Source: Clostridiales bacterium
Lineage (GTDB): Bacteria; Bacillota; Clostridia; Saccharofermentanales; Saccharofermentanaceae
Direction: 5' to 3'
Length of the DNA stretch: 64,000 nt
Assembly: GCA_017617995.1 (NCBI GenBank)
Contig: JAFZVE010000072.1
Span: 31,997 to 95,996 of the forward strand
The notes under the pieces are model-generated. The model saw only the letters and a program-made list of their open reading frames with translations, searched no databases and was not told where the DNA came from. Numbering within the stretch: the stretch's first letter is position 1; every line of letters starts with the position of its first letter. The translations under genes were made by a program, and so were the position numbers. Positions 1 to 10,613 of the stretch are shown piece by piece.

Positions 1-572
1 TCCTTCTTCGTACATACCCAGGAGCCGCCGATCGCGAAGATACAATTCTCCTTAGCAAACTCCGAGAGGTTTTCGGAGTTTACACCTCCGGTCGGGAGAA
101 ACTTCACACCCCCGAAGACGGCCGAGAGCGCCTTGATCGCCTTCATGCCGCCATAAACATTCGCCGGGAAGAACTTGATGACCGAGAGCCCGAGTTTCAC
201 CGCCGCCATGATCTCCGTCGGCGTCACACAGCCCGGGCATACCGGGATTCCTCTTTCCTGACACCAGATCACCGTTTCCTCATCCAATCCCGGCGACACG
301 ATGAAATCCGCGCCTGCCTCGACAGCTTCTTCAGCCTGCCTGACCGAGAGCACGGTTCCCGCGCCTACTATCATGTCGGGAACCTCTTTCGAGACCGCAC
401 GAATCGCCTCGGCCGCACACGCCGTTCTAAACGTGATCTCCATGAAAGTGATTCCTCCCGCAAGGAGCGCTTGTGCCGTCGGCACAGCATCTTCCGCATT
501 CTCGATGACCACGACCGGGACGATCCCCGCGCGGCCCATCTTCTCCATTATGTCCTGTTTAGAAAAGTCCAT
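1..572 (-). CDS. eda: 2-dehydro-3-deoxyphosphogluconate (KDPG) aldolase, 3' end cut by window edge
   Basis: Hand translation of the minus strand from ATG 572-570 gives MDFSKQDIMEKMGRAGIVPVVVIENAEDAVP..., a typical Eda/KdgA N-terminus. The frame stays open to position 1. It is absent from the ORF track because there is no stop in the window. Confidence 0.8.
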   Translation of the reverse strand, partial: MDFSKQDIMEKMGRAGIVPVVVIENAEDAVPTAQALLAGGITFMEITFRTACAAEAIRAVSKEVPDMIVGAGTVLSVRQAEEAVEAGADFIVSPGLDEETVIWCQERGIPVCPGCVTPTEIMAAVKLGLSVIKFFPANVYGGMKAIKALSAVFGGVKFLPTGGVNSENLSEFAKENCIFAIGGSWVCTKK

Positions 573-792
573 GTCTTTCCCCTTCGTCTTTCATTTTCGT
601 CTGCTATTTTACCGCAAATTCTTCGCAAAAAACATAGTGGAACATCGTACACACCCTGTCATTCCCGCGCTCGATAAACCACGGCAGAAGGGCTGTCCCC
701 TTCGTGGACCCATCCGCGGCAACACACCTCCGCGTCAGGCATCCACATCCGAAAGACAGCCCCATCGGCATCAAACACCCACAAGTTATATC

Positions 793-2535
793 TTACTTAC
801 TTGCCTTATATACTTCGTTGTAGAGATTGACCAGGCCCTCGTAATCGTTAGACTTGATCGTCTCTATGTACGCTTCCCAATCCTTCTCCAGATCCTTCTG
901 TCCGATGATGAACTGCAGAGACCATTCATTGACCGCAGAGATAAGAGGAGTCGCGATCAGGTTGATCTGCTCGTTCTGATCTTCTGTCGGAGCCACACCC
1001 GGAGCAAGTCTCGGGATCTCACGATTCTGAACATCAGAGAATACATAGTGATTCAGTTCATCAGTATAGTTATCTGTCATTTCCGCGAGAGAGTGACCAT
1101 ACCAGAAGTTACCACCGGCATAACCCCACTGCAGACGGATATCCGTCAGAGTGCCCTCGGCATTGTTACCATAGCCCAGACCGCCGCAGCAGTAACCGTC
1201 CTTAAGGACCTTCTTGCCGTCCTTGATCTCATAGTACTCATCCTTCGGGCCCCACTTGCAGAGCGTGTATGCTTCCTCGGAATAGAACAGCCAGTCTACG
1301 AAACGCAGCATCTTGATGAAGTCTTCTTCTCCGAGCTCGTCGAGCGCTCTCTGGGAGATCATGACACCGTTCTCAAGACGGTTGCTGCCTGCTGTAGAGT
1401 AGTTATAGAGCTTCGATCTCGGCGGGATGGTGTAGTACAGTTCGAAATTTCCTTCGCCCAGATTCTCGGCGCACTTACTGTATGTCGTCGCCATCTGGCT
1501 CTGGTTGACGCTCTGGATCACAGTCTCACCGTTATAGAACTTCGTGGTCGCCTGGTCATCTTCCTGCGTAAATGTATCCGGATCGAGGATGCCTTCCTTG
1601 ATAAAAGCATTGACCATCGTCAGGTACTGCTTGTACTCATCTGTTGCCGGGCTGAAATACCACTCGTCTTTGTCGAAGTTGAAGCGCAGGCCGTTGCCCA
1701 TGCCCCAGCCGGCATTAACATCATAGGTCGTTGCGACGACATTCAGGAGGTTACCGCCGTTGCCCTGCGCGGAACCGCCGCCGCACCACAGGTCAGACCA
1801 GATATAATCGGACTCTTTGCACATGCCCTGGGAGACCATGTACGCCTTGACCGTCTTCAGTGCCTCGAGCAGATCTTCCCATGTCCATGTCGCTTCCATA
1901 CCTTCGACATCGACACCGGCCGCCTTAAAGATATCCTGGCGGATAACGAAGGTGTAGTTCAGCGCATTTTGCTCCTTCATGCCCGGGAGCTTGTAGTACT
2001 TACCGTTACTTCTGGTGATGGTACGTACGTCCGGAGCCAGGTCATACTTGTTATAGAAGTCCGTAAAATAGGGCATCTTGTCGACATAGTCGGAGATCGG
2101 AACGATCGCTCCGCCGTCTACAAAAGCACTGTCGTCGTAGATTTTCGGGATGATGTATGCAGACTCACCTGCGTTGATGTCCAGTGTGACGTTGTTCATG
2201 TAGTCACCGGAATCGTAGGAGATGATCTCGAGGTGTACATTCGTCATATCCTCGATCTTCTTGAAGACACCCTCCGTCTTCCATGTGTCCTGCAACGCAT
2301 ACCAGGATGCGTCGCTGAAGAACATCGTGTACGTGACCTTCTCGTCAGAATGGAAAGTCTTCCCGAGACCGTACTCGTATCCATCCTTCTTCTCGGCTTC
2401 AGAAGTCGTCTCGATCTTATCCGGGACCGTAGTCATCTCGGACGCAGTCGTCGATTCATCTTTCGACGCACATGCCGCGAGGGAAAAGATCATTGAGCCA
2501 ACCAGAGCCATGCTCAAAATTTTCTTCATCTTCAT
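793..2535 (-). CDS. ABC transporter extracellular solute-binding lipoprotein (LplA-type, oligosaccharide)
   Basis: ORF 793..2619 trimmed to ATG 2535, which is preceded by GAGGAGG. MKMKKILSMALVGSMIFSLAAC is a lipoprotein signal with a lipobox Cys. At about 580 aa it has the large sugar-binding protein size, and it lies downstream of two permease genes. Confidence 0.9.
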   Translation of the reverse strand: MKMKKILSMALVGSMIFSLAACASKDESTTASEMTTVPDKIETTSEAEKKDGYEYGLGKTFHSDEKVTYTMFFSDASWYALQDTWKTEGVFKKIEDMTNVHLEIISYDSGDYMNNVTLDINAGESAYIIPKIYDDSAFVDGGAIVPISDYVDKMPYFTDFYNKYDLAPDVRTITRSNGKYYKLPGMKEQNALNYTFVIRQDIFKAAGVDVEGMEATWTWEDLLEALKTVKAYMVSQGMCKESDYIWSDLWCGGGSAQGNGGNLLNVVATTYDVNAGWGMGNGLRFNFDKDEWYFSPATDEYKQYLTMVNAFIKEGILDPDTFTQEDDQATTKFYNGETVIQSVNQSQMATTYSKCAENLGEGNFELYYTIPPRSKLYNYSTAGSNRLENGVMISQRALDELGEEDFIKMLRFVDWLFYSEEAYTLCKWGPKDEYYEIKDGKKVLKDGYCCGGLGYGNNAEGTLTDIRLQWGYAGGNFWYGHSLAEMTDNYTDELNHYVFSDVQNREIPRLAPGVAPTEDQNEQINLIATPLISAVNEWSLQFIIGQKDLEKDWEAYIETIKSNDYEGLVNLYNEVYKASK

Positions 2536-2702
2536 AGGTTTCCTCCTCATATAGTGGATGTTTATTTCTGCCCCTCCCCGGAAACGATCCTCTACTTTAC
2601 CGTTCCCGAGAGGTAACATACTGATTTACCGTTGCGGAAGATCTGTCCTCCGCCACTTCCTTTTGGCGGAAAGCCCGCCTTCTTCCGATGTCTTTCGGAA
2701 GA

Positions 2703-3623
2703 TCACTCCTTTACGCCGCCGAGCATCATACCCTGCACGTAATACTTCTGAATAAAGGGATACACACAGATGATCGGAAGCACCGTCAGCACCATGCTGC
2801 ACGAGCGGATATTCATCGAGACCTTCTGCGCATCCTGATCGTTGGCACCGGAACCGCGGATGATCGTCTGCAGATAATAGGCGACCGGCCACTTCTCCTT
2901 ACGCAGATACAGGAAAGCCTGATACCAGTTATTCCAGTACATACATGCGTAGAACAGTGTCATCGTCGCGATGATCGGTTTCGACAGCGGAATGACGATC
3001 CTCGCAAAAACACCGAACTTCGACAGGCCGTCGAGCTCGCCCGCTTCTTCGAGATCCTTCGGTGTGCCGGCGAAGAAAGACTTCATCAGGAGCACATAGT
3101 AGGTACTGATCATCATCGGCAGGATAAAGGCCGCCATTGTGTTCTTCAGTCCCAGCTTTACGACGAGCACATAGTTCGGGATCAGACCGCCGCCGAAGTA
3201 CATCGTGAAGATGATAAACGGCGTCAGGAACTTCGTGAGTTTCAGTTCTTTTTTACTGAGCGGATACGCCAGGAAAGAAGAGAAAACGAGAGACAGGACA
3301 GTTCCGATAAATGAGTACACGATCGTGTTCTTGTAGTACTTCAGAAAATCGCCCATCGAGAGCACATACTTATACGTACTGACATTGAAATCCTTCGGGA
3401 AGAGCTTGACTTCCCCTGCCATGATCGCTTTCTCCGAGGAGAATGACTGCGCCACCAGATACAGGAACGGATACAGTGTCGCGACTGCGATCATTGCCAT
3501 CAGGATCGTATTGAAAACGAGGAACACTTTGTATCCTGTATTCTCGCGCACACCGATCGTCCGGCTGCTTGTGACTTTGTCCTCGCTCTTCTTCCGGAAG
3601 GAAGGAATACTCATCTTTAACAT
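2703..3623 (-). CDS. carbohydrate ABC transporter permease (LplC/MalG-type)
   Basis: ORF 2703..3776 trimmed to ATG 3623 (MLKMSIPSFRKK...). It is multi-TM with the permease loop DLEEAGELDGLSKFGVFARIVIPLSKP, and it starts 14 nt after the stop of the upstream permease. Confidence 0.9.
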   Translation of the reverse strand: MLKMSIPSFRKKSEDKVTSSRTIGVRENTGYKVFLVFNTILMAMIAVATLYPFLYLVAQSFSSEKAIMAGEVKLFPKDFNVSTYKYVLSMGDFLKYYKNTIVYSFIGTVLSLVFSSFLAYPLSKKELKLTKFLTPFIIFTMYFGGGLIPNYVLVVKLGLKNTMAAFILPMMISTYYVLLMKSFFAGTPKDLEEAGELDGLSKFGVFARIVIPLSKPIIATMTLFYACMYWNNWYQAFLYLRKEKWPVAYYLQTIIRGSGANDQDAQKVSMNIRSCSMVLTVLPIICVYPFIQKYYVQGMMLGGVKE

Positions 3624-3636
3624 CGCTTCTCCCTCC

Positions 3637-4590
3637 TTAGAACAGACTGCTGTCCGTGATCTTCTTCGACGCGAAGTTCGCGATCGACAGCAGAACCAGA
3701 TTGATGAGGCCTTCGAAGAGTCCGACGGCCGTCGCATAACTGTAGTTACCTGATCCGATACCCATTCGGTACACATACGTCGATACGATGTCAGCCGAAG
3801 AGTAGATCATCGGATTGTAAAGCAGGAATACCTTTTCAAAAGCACCGCCCGATCCGACGAGTCCGCCGATGTCGAGGATCAGGAGTGTCGTGATCGTCGG
3901 AAGGATACTCGGGATCGTGATATGCCAGACACGCTGGAAATGACCGGCGCCATCGACAGCCGCCGCTTCATACAGATTCGGGTTGATGTTGGCCATCGCG
4001 GCAAGATAGAGGATCGTGCCCCAGCCGAGACCCTGCCAGAGTCCCGAGATCGTAAATATCGCACTGAAGTATTTCGCGACCGCCAGGAACTGGATGCGGG
4101 AACCGCCAAGTGCCTCGAGAAAACCATTGATCGGACCGGATGTCGCAGTCAGTTCCTTGATGATACCGCACACGATAACCATCGAGATGAAGTGCGGAAG
4201 ATAGGACACGGTCTGCACGAACTTCTTCCAGTGAAGATTGCGGATCTCATTGATGAGAAGTGCGAAGATCAGTGTCAGCGGGAAGCGGAAAAGAAGATAT
4301 GTGATGTTCAGGGTCAGTGTATTTCGGAAGGCTCTCCAGAAAGTCTTATCTCTGGTGAACTGCTTGAAATACTTCAGTCCGCTGTTTTCTGAACCGAAGA
4401 TATTACCGCCGGCTCTATATTTTCGGAAAGCGATGATGTTACCGAACATAGGGACATAACGGAATACGATGTAGTACACCACCGGCACCAGCAGCATCAG
4501 ATAGATCTGCCAGTAAAGACCGATATGCCGGCTCATGCTGAAGTGCTTCTTCGAAGGTGTCCACTCCGATTTCATTTGATTACTGCTCAT
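3637..4590 (-). CDS. carbohydrate ABC transporter permease (LplB/YteP, MalF-type)
   Basis: 317 aa and multi-TM, with the EAA-like loop YEAAAVDGAGHFQRVWHITIPSILP. The N-terminus resembles LplB-family permeases. Confidence 0.9.
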   Translation of the reverse strand: MSSNQMKSEWTPSKKHFSMSRHIGLYWQIYLMLLVPVVYYIVFRYVPMFGNIIAFRKYRAGGNIFGSENSGLKYFKQFTRDKTFWRAFRNTLTLNITYLLFRFPLTLIFALLINEIRNLHWKKFVQTVSYLPHFISMVIVCGIIKELTATSGPINGFLEALGGSRIQFLAVAKYFSAIFTISGLWQGLGWGTILYLAAMANINPNLYEAAAVDGAGHFQRVWHITIPSILPTITTLLILDIGGLVGSGGAFEKVFLLYNPMIYSSADIVSTYVYRMGIGSGNYSYATAVGLFEGLINLVLLSIANFASKKITDSSLF

Positions 4591-4710
4591 ACTAGACCCT
4601 CTTTTTTCCTGATTTCACCTGCATAGTGGGAAGTGTCGCACATGGCTTGGGGGTAATCAGGAGGCGTTGTTCAAACCATGCTCCATGTGCGCCTTCTCTT
4701 ACTTCCACAC

Positions 4711-4757
4711 TTGTATGCTAGTTGTCTACGCCCAAAGAATACCACCATACTAGTAAT
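4711..4757. promoter_or_regulatory. candidate GntR-regulator operators upstream of the ABC importer operon
   Basis: TTGTATGCTAGTTG (4711-4724) and ATACTAGTAAT (4747-4757). The same ATRCTAGT core occurs at three other promoters in the locus. Confidence 0.45.
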
Positions 4758-4810
4758 CTGTCAACACTCGTCTTTTGTTTTTTCGTGATTCTTTAGCCAA
4801 CATGCACAAA

Positions 4811-4844
4811 CGCCCGACTGAACGGCATTTCGTTCAATCGGGCG
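4811..4844 (-). terminator. predicted Rho-independent terminator after the esterase gene
   Basis: CGCCCGACTGAACG / CGTTCAATCGGGCG form a 14-bp stem (1 mismatch) with a 6-nt loop. The T-tract is weak on both strands. Confidence 0.45.
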
Positions 4845-4922
4845 TCTTTGTCGCCAAATATACCAGGCAGGTCCTTTATCCGATCATTCTCGGTGATAGA
4901 GAAGTTTTATGTTGGAAAACGG

Positions 4923-6557
4923 TCAGTGATAGAAGAGCTCTTCCGCCTTCTCGGCCATGCGCGCGCCGAGTTCGCTCTTCCTCTGTGGGTGAAGTTCGAG
5001 CGGCGTAAAAAGATCACGCGCATAGACGACCGCACAGCCGGGCACTTCTTGCTCCGCCTCGCGCTGCTGCTCCTGGATGCTCGTCCAGCCCTCCGGCATC
5101 TCTCCCGAAATCGGGTCCTGATAGTCCGGCATCTCGACAGCAAGGACCGGAATATCGTCCTTAAGAACAGATCTCCATGCATCGATCATACTCGCGAACT
5201 TCTCGTGATACCGCGCGGGCTGCTCCGTATTCGATTCACCCTGATACCACCAGATCCCGCGGAAGGAATAGTCTCTTAAAGGAACGACCGTCGATCGGTA
5301 AAGTGAGGTCGGGATCGTCTGCCCCATCAGGAAAGCCGTCTGCGGACACGCCGCTTCTCTTCCCCACTTTCTCTTCCATTCTCCCTCGAGAAGAACCACT
5401 TCGTCGCCGGATCTCAGATAATACGGATGGCTACTCACGAAGCCGCCGGCGCCGCCCTCGATGATCAGGCGTACCGTGATGACGTTACGCCCTTTTCGGA
5501 GAATCGTACCGTCGAAGGGGTATTTTCTCGGTGGATATCTATACTCGGTCCGACCGACCTGTACACCGTTTATGTACGTCACATCGGCATCGATCAGATC
5601 TCCGACGTATAAGAAAGCATCCGGAACCGGATCATTCTGAAGTTCGAATTCTTTATAGAACCACACCACTCCGCGGTATGGTCTGACTGCTTTTTCCTTC
5701 TCATCCTCTGTGCCGGAATCTCCACCGCAGGAAATCTCCTCAGGCATTTCCGTCGAAGTATCGCTGCCGGACAGAAGTGTTTTTCCGTAAAGGATCGAGG
5801 GCACAGCGAAGCTCTCCGCATCCTCCGGGATCTGTTCCGGTGTCCCGGCGGGAAATTCCGCATCGTCCCCGGACTCGAGTGCTGCGCGCCAGGATGCAAT
5901 ATGCTCTTCTCTTCTTCTCAGGTATTCCTGCACGGCCCCGTCCGGAAGGAAATCCGCGATCACCTCATCAAAATCCCCGAATCCCCGGAGCACCTCGCGC
6001 GGCATCCAGGACTCGATCGTCGATCCTCCCTGTGCGCCGAGCACCAGTCCGACCGGAATCTTCATCTTATCGTAGAGGCGCTTCGCACAGTAAAAACCGG
6101 CGGCACTCATCTGCCCGATCTCCTCCGGTACCGCTCTCGTCCACGGCAGGCGCGGAAGCTCCGCGATCTTATCCTCCGCCAGGCGGAACTGTGGCGTCAC
6201 GCGGTACTGCCGGATATACGGATAGTCAGACGCGTCGACCTCTTCCTGCGATACGTCCAACGTCCGCGAGACCGGAAGCTCCATATTCGACTGACCCGTA
6301 AGGAAGAAAACGTCGCCGAAGCAGACATCATGAAGTACGATCTTCTCACTTCCCGTGATGGTAATCATGACATCCCGTGCTTCTTCCTGTGCCGGTATCT
6401 CCACGGCAAAAGCACTGTCTTTTACTTCTGTCCGATAGGTCCTGCCGAAAAGTTCGACCGTAACTTCGCGCGATTGATCTTCGTGCCCGAAGATCGTGCA
6501 CGTCTTCCCACGCTGAAGGATCATCCCATCTGAGAAAATACCGGCCAGTTCTAACAT
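4923..6557 (-). CDS. sialate O-acetylesterase-like (SASA/DUF303) carbohydrate esterase
   Basis: 544 aa. The motifs GDVFFLTGQSNME and GAQGGSTIESW are typical of this SGNH-type esterase family. Confidence 0.8.
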   Translation of the reverse strand: MLELAGIFSDGMILQRGKTCTIFGHEDQSREVTVELFGRTYRTEVKDSAFAVEIPAQEEARDVMITITGSEKIVLHDVCFGDVFFLTGQSNMELPVSRTLDVSQEEVDASDYPYIRQYRVTPQFRLAEDKIAELPRLPWTRAVPEEIGQMSAAGFYCAKRLYDKMKIPVGLVLGAQGGSTIESWMPREVLRGFGDFDEVIADFLPDGAVQEYLRRREEHIASWRAALESGDDAEFPAGTPEQIPEDAESFAVPSILYGKTLLSGSDTSTEMPEEISCGGDSGTEDEKEKAVRPYRGVVWFYKEFELQNDPVPDAFLYVGDLIDADVTYINGVQVGRTEYRYPPRKYPFDGTILRKGRNVITVRLIIEGGAGGFVSSHPYYLRSGDEVVLLEGEWKRKWGREAACPQTAFLMGQTIPTSLYRSTVVPLRDYSFRGIWWYQGESNTEQPARYHEKFASMIDAWRSVLKDDIPVLAVEMPDYQDPISGEMPEGWTSIQEQQREAEQEVPGCAVVYARDLFTPLELHPQRKSELGARMAEKAEELFYH

Positions 6558-6659
6558 ATGTACCTCGACAAAACCACTTTAAAAGAAAAAGTATCACGAA
6601 CGGAAGTACTCTTTCTGAAGATAGAGTATCACAAACTGAAGTGCTTTTCCATAGTGAGC

Positions 6660-6669
6660 ATACTAGTAT
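6660..6669. promoter_or_regulatory. candidate GntR-regulator operator between the esterase and yesL genes
   Basis: Perfect 10-bp palindrome ATACTAGTAT in the divergent intergenic region. Confidence 0.45.
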
Positions 6670-6741
6670 TTAAGTTTTCTTTTTTCTCTTGTTTTTTCGT
6701 TCTCTTCCGTCTAATATATTGTGACAGGAGGAGGAATACCG

Positions 6742-7581
6742 ATGAACCAGTCTTCTTTTGAACGCTTCACAAACAGCCGGCTGTATGCCCTCGGCGATAA
6801 GCTCGGGGACGTCTTCCTGCTTAGTTTCTTCTGGCTAATCTGCAGTATCCCTCTCGTTACGATGGGCCCCGCAACGAGTGCCCTGTACTACGCGATCAAC
6901 AAACGCTATGCGGACAAATCCGAGACGCCGCTGGCCGACTACTGGAGATCCTTCCGGCAGAACCTCGGTCAGGGGATCGCGCTGACCGTGATCCTACTTC
7001 TCTATCTCGGCGCGACCATCTTCAACGTATACGTCGCTTTTTCCGGATGGAACGGCATACGGCTTCCGTCCTGGTACGGTCCGGTCGCGATCTTGCTTCT
7101 GCTGCCGTTCCTCTTCACGGCGCTCTACGTCTTCCCGTATCTGGCGCGCTTCAAGAATTCTGTCGGAAGTATACTCTTCCACAGTTTCACCTTCTCGACG
7201 ATGTATACCGGGAATACTTTCATCATGTGGCTGTATGTCATCCTTTCCGTCGCCGTTATGATCTTCTTCTTCCCGGCCCTGCTCTTCATGCCGTTCATCT
7301 GCTGTTACCTCTGCTGGCGCCGCATCGAGCGCGACTTCGGCTATGCACTGCTCCTCAAGAAGAAGCGCGAGGAGGCTGCAATGGAAGAAGCGTCTGCCAA
7401 CGAAGAAGATGCGTCAGAGGACGAATCAGACGAGGATTCAGGGGACTCAGCGGAAGATCAATCAGACGACGCATCGGAAGAAGAGTCCGAGGACGAAATG
7501 GAAGAGGGCTCGGAGGATGCTTCGGAAGAAGAATCGGACGACGAAGAAGATACAGACGAAGTTGAGGAAGCCGACGAATAA
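6742..7581 (+). CDS. YesL-family (DUF624) membrane protein with acidic C-terminal tail
   Basis: ATG 6742 follows AGGAGGAGG. FERFTNSRLYALGDKLGDVFLLSFFWLICSIPLVTMGPATSALYY matches the YesL pattern. The last ~65 aa are D/E/S-rich. Confidence 0.8.
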   Translation: MNQSSFERFTNSRLYALGDKLGDVFLLSFFWLICSIPLVTMGPATSALYYAINKRYADKSETPLADYWRSFRQNLGQGIALTVILLLYLGATIFNVYVAFSGWNGIRLPSWYGPVAILLLLPFLFTALYVFPYLARFKNSVGSILFHSFTFSTMYTGNTFIMWLYVILSVAVMIFFFPALLFMPFICCYLCWRRIERDFGYALLLKKKREEAAMEEASANEEDASEDESDEDSGDSAEDQSDDASEEESEDEMEEGSEDASEEESDDEEDTDEVEEADE

Positions 7582-7773
7582 AGTTGTGTAGATTATCGGT
7601 ATTATTCGTTGAGATTATCGGTTGACAGTATTTTTATCAAAGTATAGAGTTCTAATGTACGCTTGTGGAGGGGGAATCGCGAACGGAAAACGTGCGGGTC
7701 CACAACGATCACGTGCAGGATTACAGTGCTTTTCCCGACACAAAGACGCAGAAAAATGATTTGTCTAATTCGC

Positions 7774-7805
7774 TTGACTTTATGCTAGTTTGCTAGTATT
7801 CTAGT
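7774..7805 (+). promoter_or_regulatory. candidate uxuA promoter with overlapping CTAGT repeats
   Basis: TTGACT-17 nt-TATTCT. The spacer and -10 carry TATGCTAGTTTGCTAGTATTCTAGTT, which is three CTAGT cores. Confidence 0.4.
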
Positions 7806-7846
7806 TGCAGGCTTGTGAATTGATGCGGAAAAGAGGCAATTGAATT

Positions 7847-8920
7847 ATGAAGATGGTTTTCCGTTGGTGGCCAAATGGAGATGATACTGTAACCCTTTCC
7901 CAGATCCGGCAGATCCCGGGTGTGTCCGGCGTGGCAACGATGTTCGCCGATATCCCGGCCGGTGAAGTCTGGCCGAAGGAGACGATCCTCGCGCTTCGTG
8001 ACCAGGTGCACGAGGCGGGACTGGAGATGGAAGTCATCGAGAGTGTGAATATTCACGAGGATATCAAGAAGGGACTTCCCACCAGAGACGAGTATATCGC
8101 CAATTACATCACCACCATGAAGAACTTGAGCGAAGCGGGTGTAAAGTGCATCTGCTACAACTTCATGCCGGTCATGGACTGGTTCAGAAGTAATCTCGAG
8201 ACCCCTCTTTCTGACGGAAGCTTCGCGATGGGATATGAGCATGCGAAGGCGGAAGGGCTGACGCTTCCGAAGATGATCGCCTCCATGATGGATGGCTCAC
8301 ACGATCTGACACTTCCGGGCTGGGAGCCGGAGCGCTTCCCTGCTATGGCAAAGGATATCGAGTTCTATCAGAATGTCTCTGCGGAAGAGTACTTCAAGAA
8401 CATCTCGTATTTCTTGTCGGCCGTGATGCCGTATGCCGAGGAGTATGATCTCGATTTCGGTGTGCATCCGGATGATCCGCCGTGGCCACTGTTCGGCCTT
8501 CCGAAGGTGATCGGCAATGCCGAATCGATCCGTACTTTCCTCTCGCTTCATGACAGCAAAAGAAACGGTCTGACACTCTGTACCGGAAGTCTCGGCGCCA
8601 ATCCCGAAAATGACGTACCCGCCATGGCCAGGGAGTTTGCCTCCATGGGTCGCGTGCCCTTCGTACATCTGCGGAACGTCAAGCACACCAGCGAGCGCGA
8701 TTTCCACGAGAGCGCCCACCTGTCTTCAGACGGAGATCTGGATATGTTCGCCATCGTATCGGCGCTGCACGACAGTGGTTTTGACGGGTATATCCGTCCG
8801 GATCACGGAAGACGCATCTGGGACGAAGTATCCCGTCCGGGCTATGGACTGTATGACCGTGCACTCGGCGCTGCATACATCCAGGGACTGTGGGAAGCGG
8901 TAGAAAAGTCTTCCACTTGA
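7847..8920 (+). CDS. uxuA: mannonate dehydratase
   Basis: 357 aa. MKMVFRWWPNGDDTVTLSQIRQIPGVSGV... and overall length are typical of UxuA. It is followed directly by a mannitol-dehydrogenase-family gene. Confidence 0.9.
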   Translation: MKMVFRWWPNGDDTVTLSQIRQIPGVSGVATMFADIPAGEVWPKETILALRDQVHEAGLEMEVIESVNIHEDIKKGLPTRDEYIANYITTMKNLSEAGVKCICYNFMPVMDWFRSNLETPLSDGSFAMGYEHAKAEGLTLPKMIASMMDGSHDLTLPGWEPERFPAMAKDIEFYQNVSAEEYFKNISYFLSAVMPYAEEYDLDFGVHPDDPPWPLFGLPKVIGNAESIRTFLSLHDSKRNGLTLCTGSLGANPENDVPAMAREFASMGRVPFVHLRNVKHTSERDFHESAHLSSDGDLDMFAIVSALHDSGFDGYIRPDHGRRIWDEVSRPGYGLYDRALGAAYIQGLWEAVEKSST

Positions 8921-8988
8921 TCCGTTCAGGACAATAGTCAATTCGACGAGCTGTTGAAAAATCTTCGAACTAAAGGAGATCCTGCACT

Positions 8989-10608
8989 ATGCAATCGGTT
9001 TCTCTTACTTCCGAATCACTTAAAGATACGTGCTTCTGGGAGAGCAACAAAATCGCTCTTCCCCACTTTGACATGGGCGCCGTCGCCGATGCGACAGCCA
9101 GCTGTCCGAGATGGCTCCACTTCGGTGCCGGTAATATCTTCCGCGGCTTTATCGCGCGTCTCTCCCAGGATCTTCTGAATCAGGGTCTGACCGGCGAGGG
9201 TGTGATCGCAGCGGATACCTTTGACTATGAGATCATCGACCGGATCTACCGCCCGCACGATAACCTGACTCTGATGGTCGATCTCAAGCCCGATGGCAAC
9301 GTCGGCTACGAGGTCATCGGAAGCATCACTGAAGCGGTCAAGGCCGACCCTTCCGATTCTTCGGAGATGGAAAGACTTCGCGAGATTGCAAGATCTTCTA
9401 CGCTTCAGATCATCAGCTTCACGATCACCGAGAAAGGGTATGCGCTTCGCGATATGTCGGGTGCACTTCTTCCTGTCGTGACCCGCGATATCGAGGAAGG
9501 CCCCTCTTCTTCTAGACATGCGATGAGTATCGTCTGTGCACTTCTTCTGGAGCGTTTCCGGAACGGGGCGGCCCCACTGGCGCTTGCTTCGATGGATAAT
9601 TGCAGCCATAACGGCGAGAAGCTCCGCTCCAGTATCCTCGAGATCGCCAAGGCCTGGGAGAGCCGTGGTTTCGCAGAACCGGAGTTTATCACCTACATCG
9701 AAGATGAGTCGCGCGTCGCTTTCCCCTGGAGTATGATCGATAAAATCACACCCAGACCGGATGCCTCCGTACAGGCGATGATCGAGCAGATGGGTATCTC
9801 CGATATGGCGCCGATCACGACCAGCCGGGGAACTTTTATCGCGCCCTTCGTCAACGCGGAAGTCCCGCAGTATCTCGTGATGGAGGATGCTTTTCCGAAC
9901 GGACGCCCGCCCTTCGAGAGAGCCGGCGTCTACATGACCGATCGGCAGACAGTCAATAAATCCGAGAAAATGAAGGTCACGACGTGCCTCAATCCCCTTC
10001 ACACCTGCCTTGCGGTGTTCGGCTGCCTTCGCGGCTACACGCGGATCTCCGACGAGATGAAGGACCCGCTTCTGGTGTCGCTCATCACGAAGATGGGCTA
10101 CGAAGAAGGGCTCCCGGTCGTGACGGATCCGAAGATACTCGACCCGAAGGAATTCATCCGCGAAGTCATCGTGGAGCGTCTCCCGAATCCGTATATCCCG
10201 GATGCACCTCAGCGTATCGCGACGGATACGAGCCAGAAGATGCCGATCCGTTTCGGAGAGACGATCAAGGCCTATATCGCAGACCCCAAGCTCGATGTTA
10301 CTTCTCTTAACTACATCCCGCTGACCATTGCCGGATGGCTCCGTTATCTGCTCGGCGTGGACGATAACGGCGAGCCGATGGAGCTCAGTTCCGACCCGCT
10401 GCTTCCGTCTCTTCAGGAGCAGCTTCGCGCGATCCAGTTCGGTAATCCCGACAGCGTCGACGGAAATCTCACGGATCTTCTTAAGAACGAATCGGTCTTC
10501 GGAGCCGATCTCGTCGCATGCCGCCTCGCGCCGAAGATCGAGTTTATGCTGTCGGAGATGCTCTCGGGACCCGGAGCCGTCAAGAGGACCCTTCAGAAGT
10601 TTATCTAA
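8989..10608 (+). CDS. uxuB: mannitol dehydrogenase family oxidoreductase (fructuronate/mannonate oxidoreductase)
   Basis: 539 aa with the N-terminal Rossmann motif WLHFGAGNIFRGFIA. The RBS AAAGGAG precedes the ATG. It pairs with uxuA in an operon. Confidence 0.8.
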   Translation: MQSVSLTSESLKDTCFWESNKIALPHFDMGAVADATASCPRWLHFGAGNIFRGFIARLSQDLLNQGLTGEGVIAADTFDYEIIDRIYRPHDNLTLMVDLKPDGNVGYEVIGSITEAVKADPSDSSEMERLREIARSSTLQIISFTITEKGYALRDMSGALLPVVTRDIEEGPSSSRHAMSIVCALLLERFRNGAAPLALASMDNCSHNGEKLRSSILEIAKAWESRGFAEPEFITYIEDESRVAFPWSMIDKITPRPDASVQAMIEQMGISDMAPITTSRGTFIAPFVNAEVPQYLVMEDAFPNGRPPFERAGVYMTDRQTVNKSEKMKVTTCLNPLHTCLAVFGCLRGYTRISDEMKDPLLVSLITKMGYEEGLPVVTDPKILDPKEFIREVIVERLPNPYIPDAPQRIATDTSQKMPIRFGETIKAYIADPKLDVTSLNYIPLTIAGWLRYLLGVDDNGEPMELSSDPLLPSLQEQLRAIQFGNPDSVDGNLTDLLKNESVFGADLVACRLAPKIEFMLSEMLSGPGAVKRTLQKFI

Positions 10609-10613
10609 AAAAC

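Noticed and set aside
301-2496. 731-aa plus-strand ORF, the longest in the left part of the track
   Set aside because: It is antisense to the eda and solute-binding protein genes, both of which have clear family signatures, RBSs and signal peptides. Its translation is Arg/Leu/Ser-rich nonsense with no motif. It is a shadow ORF of a GC-rich region.
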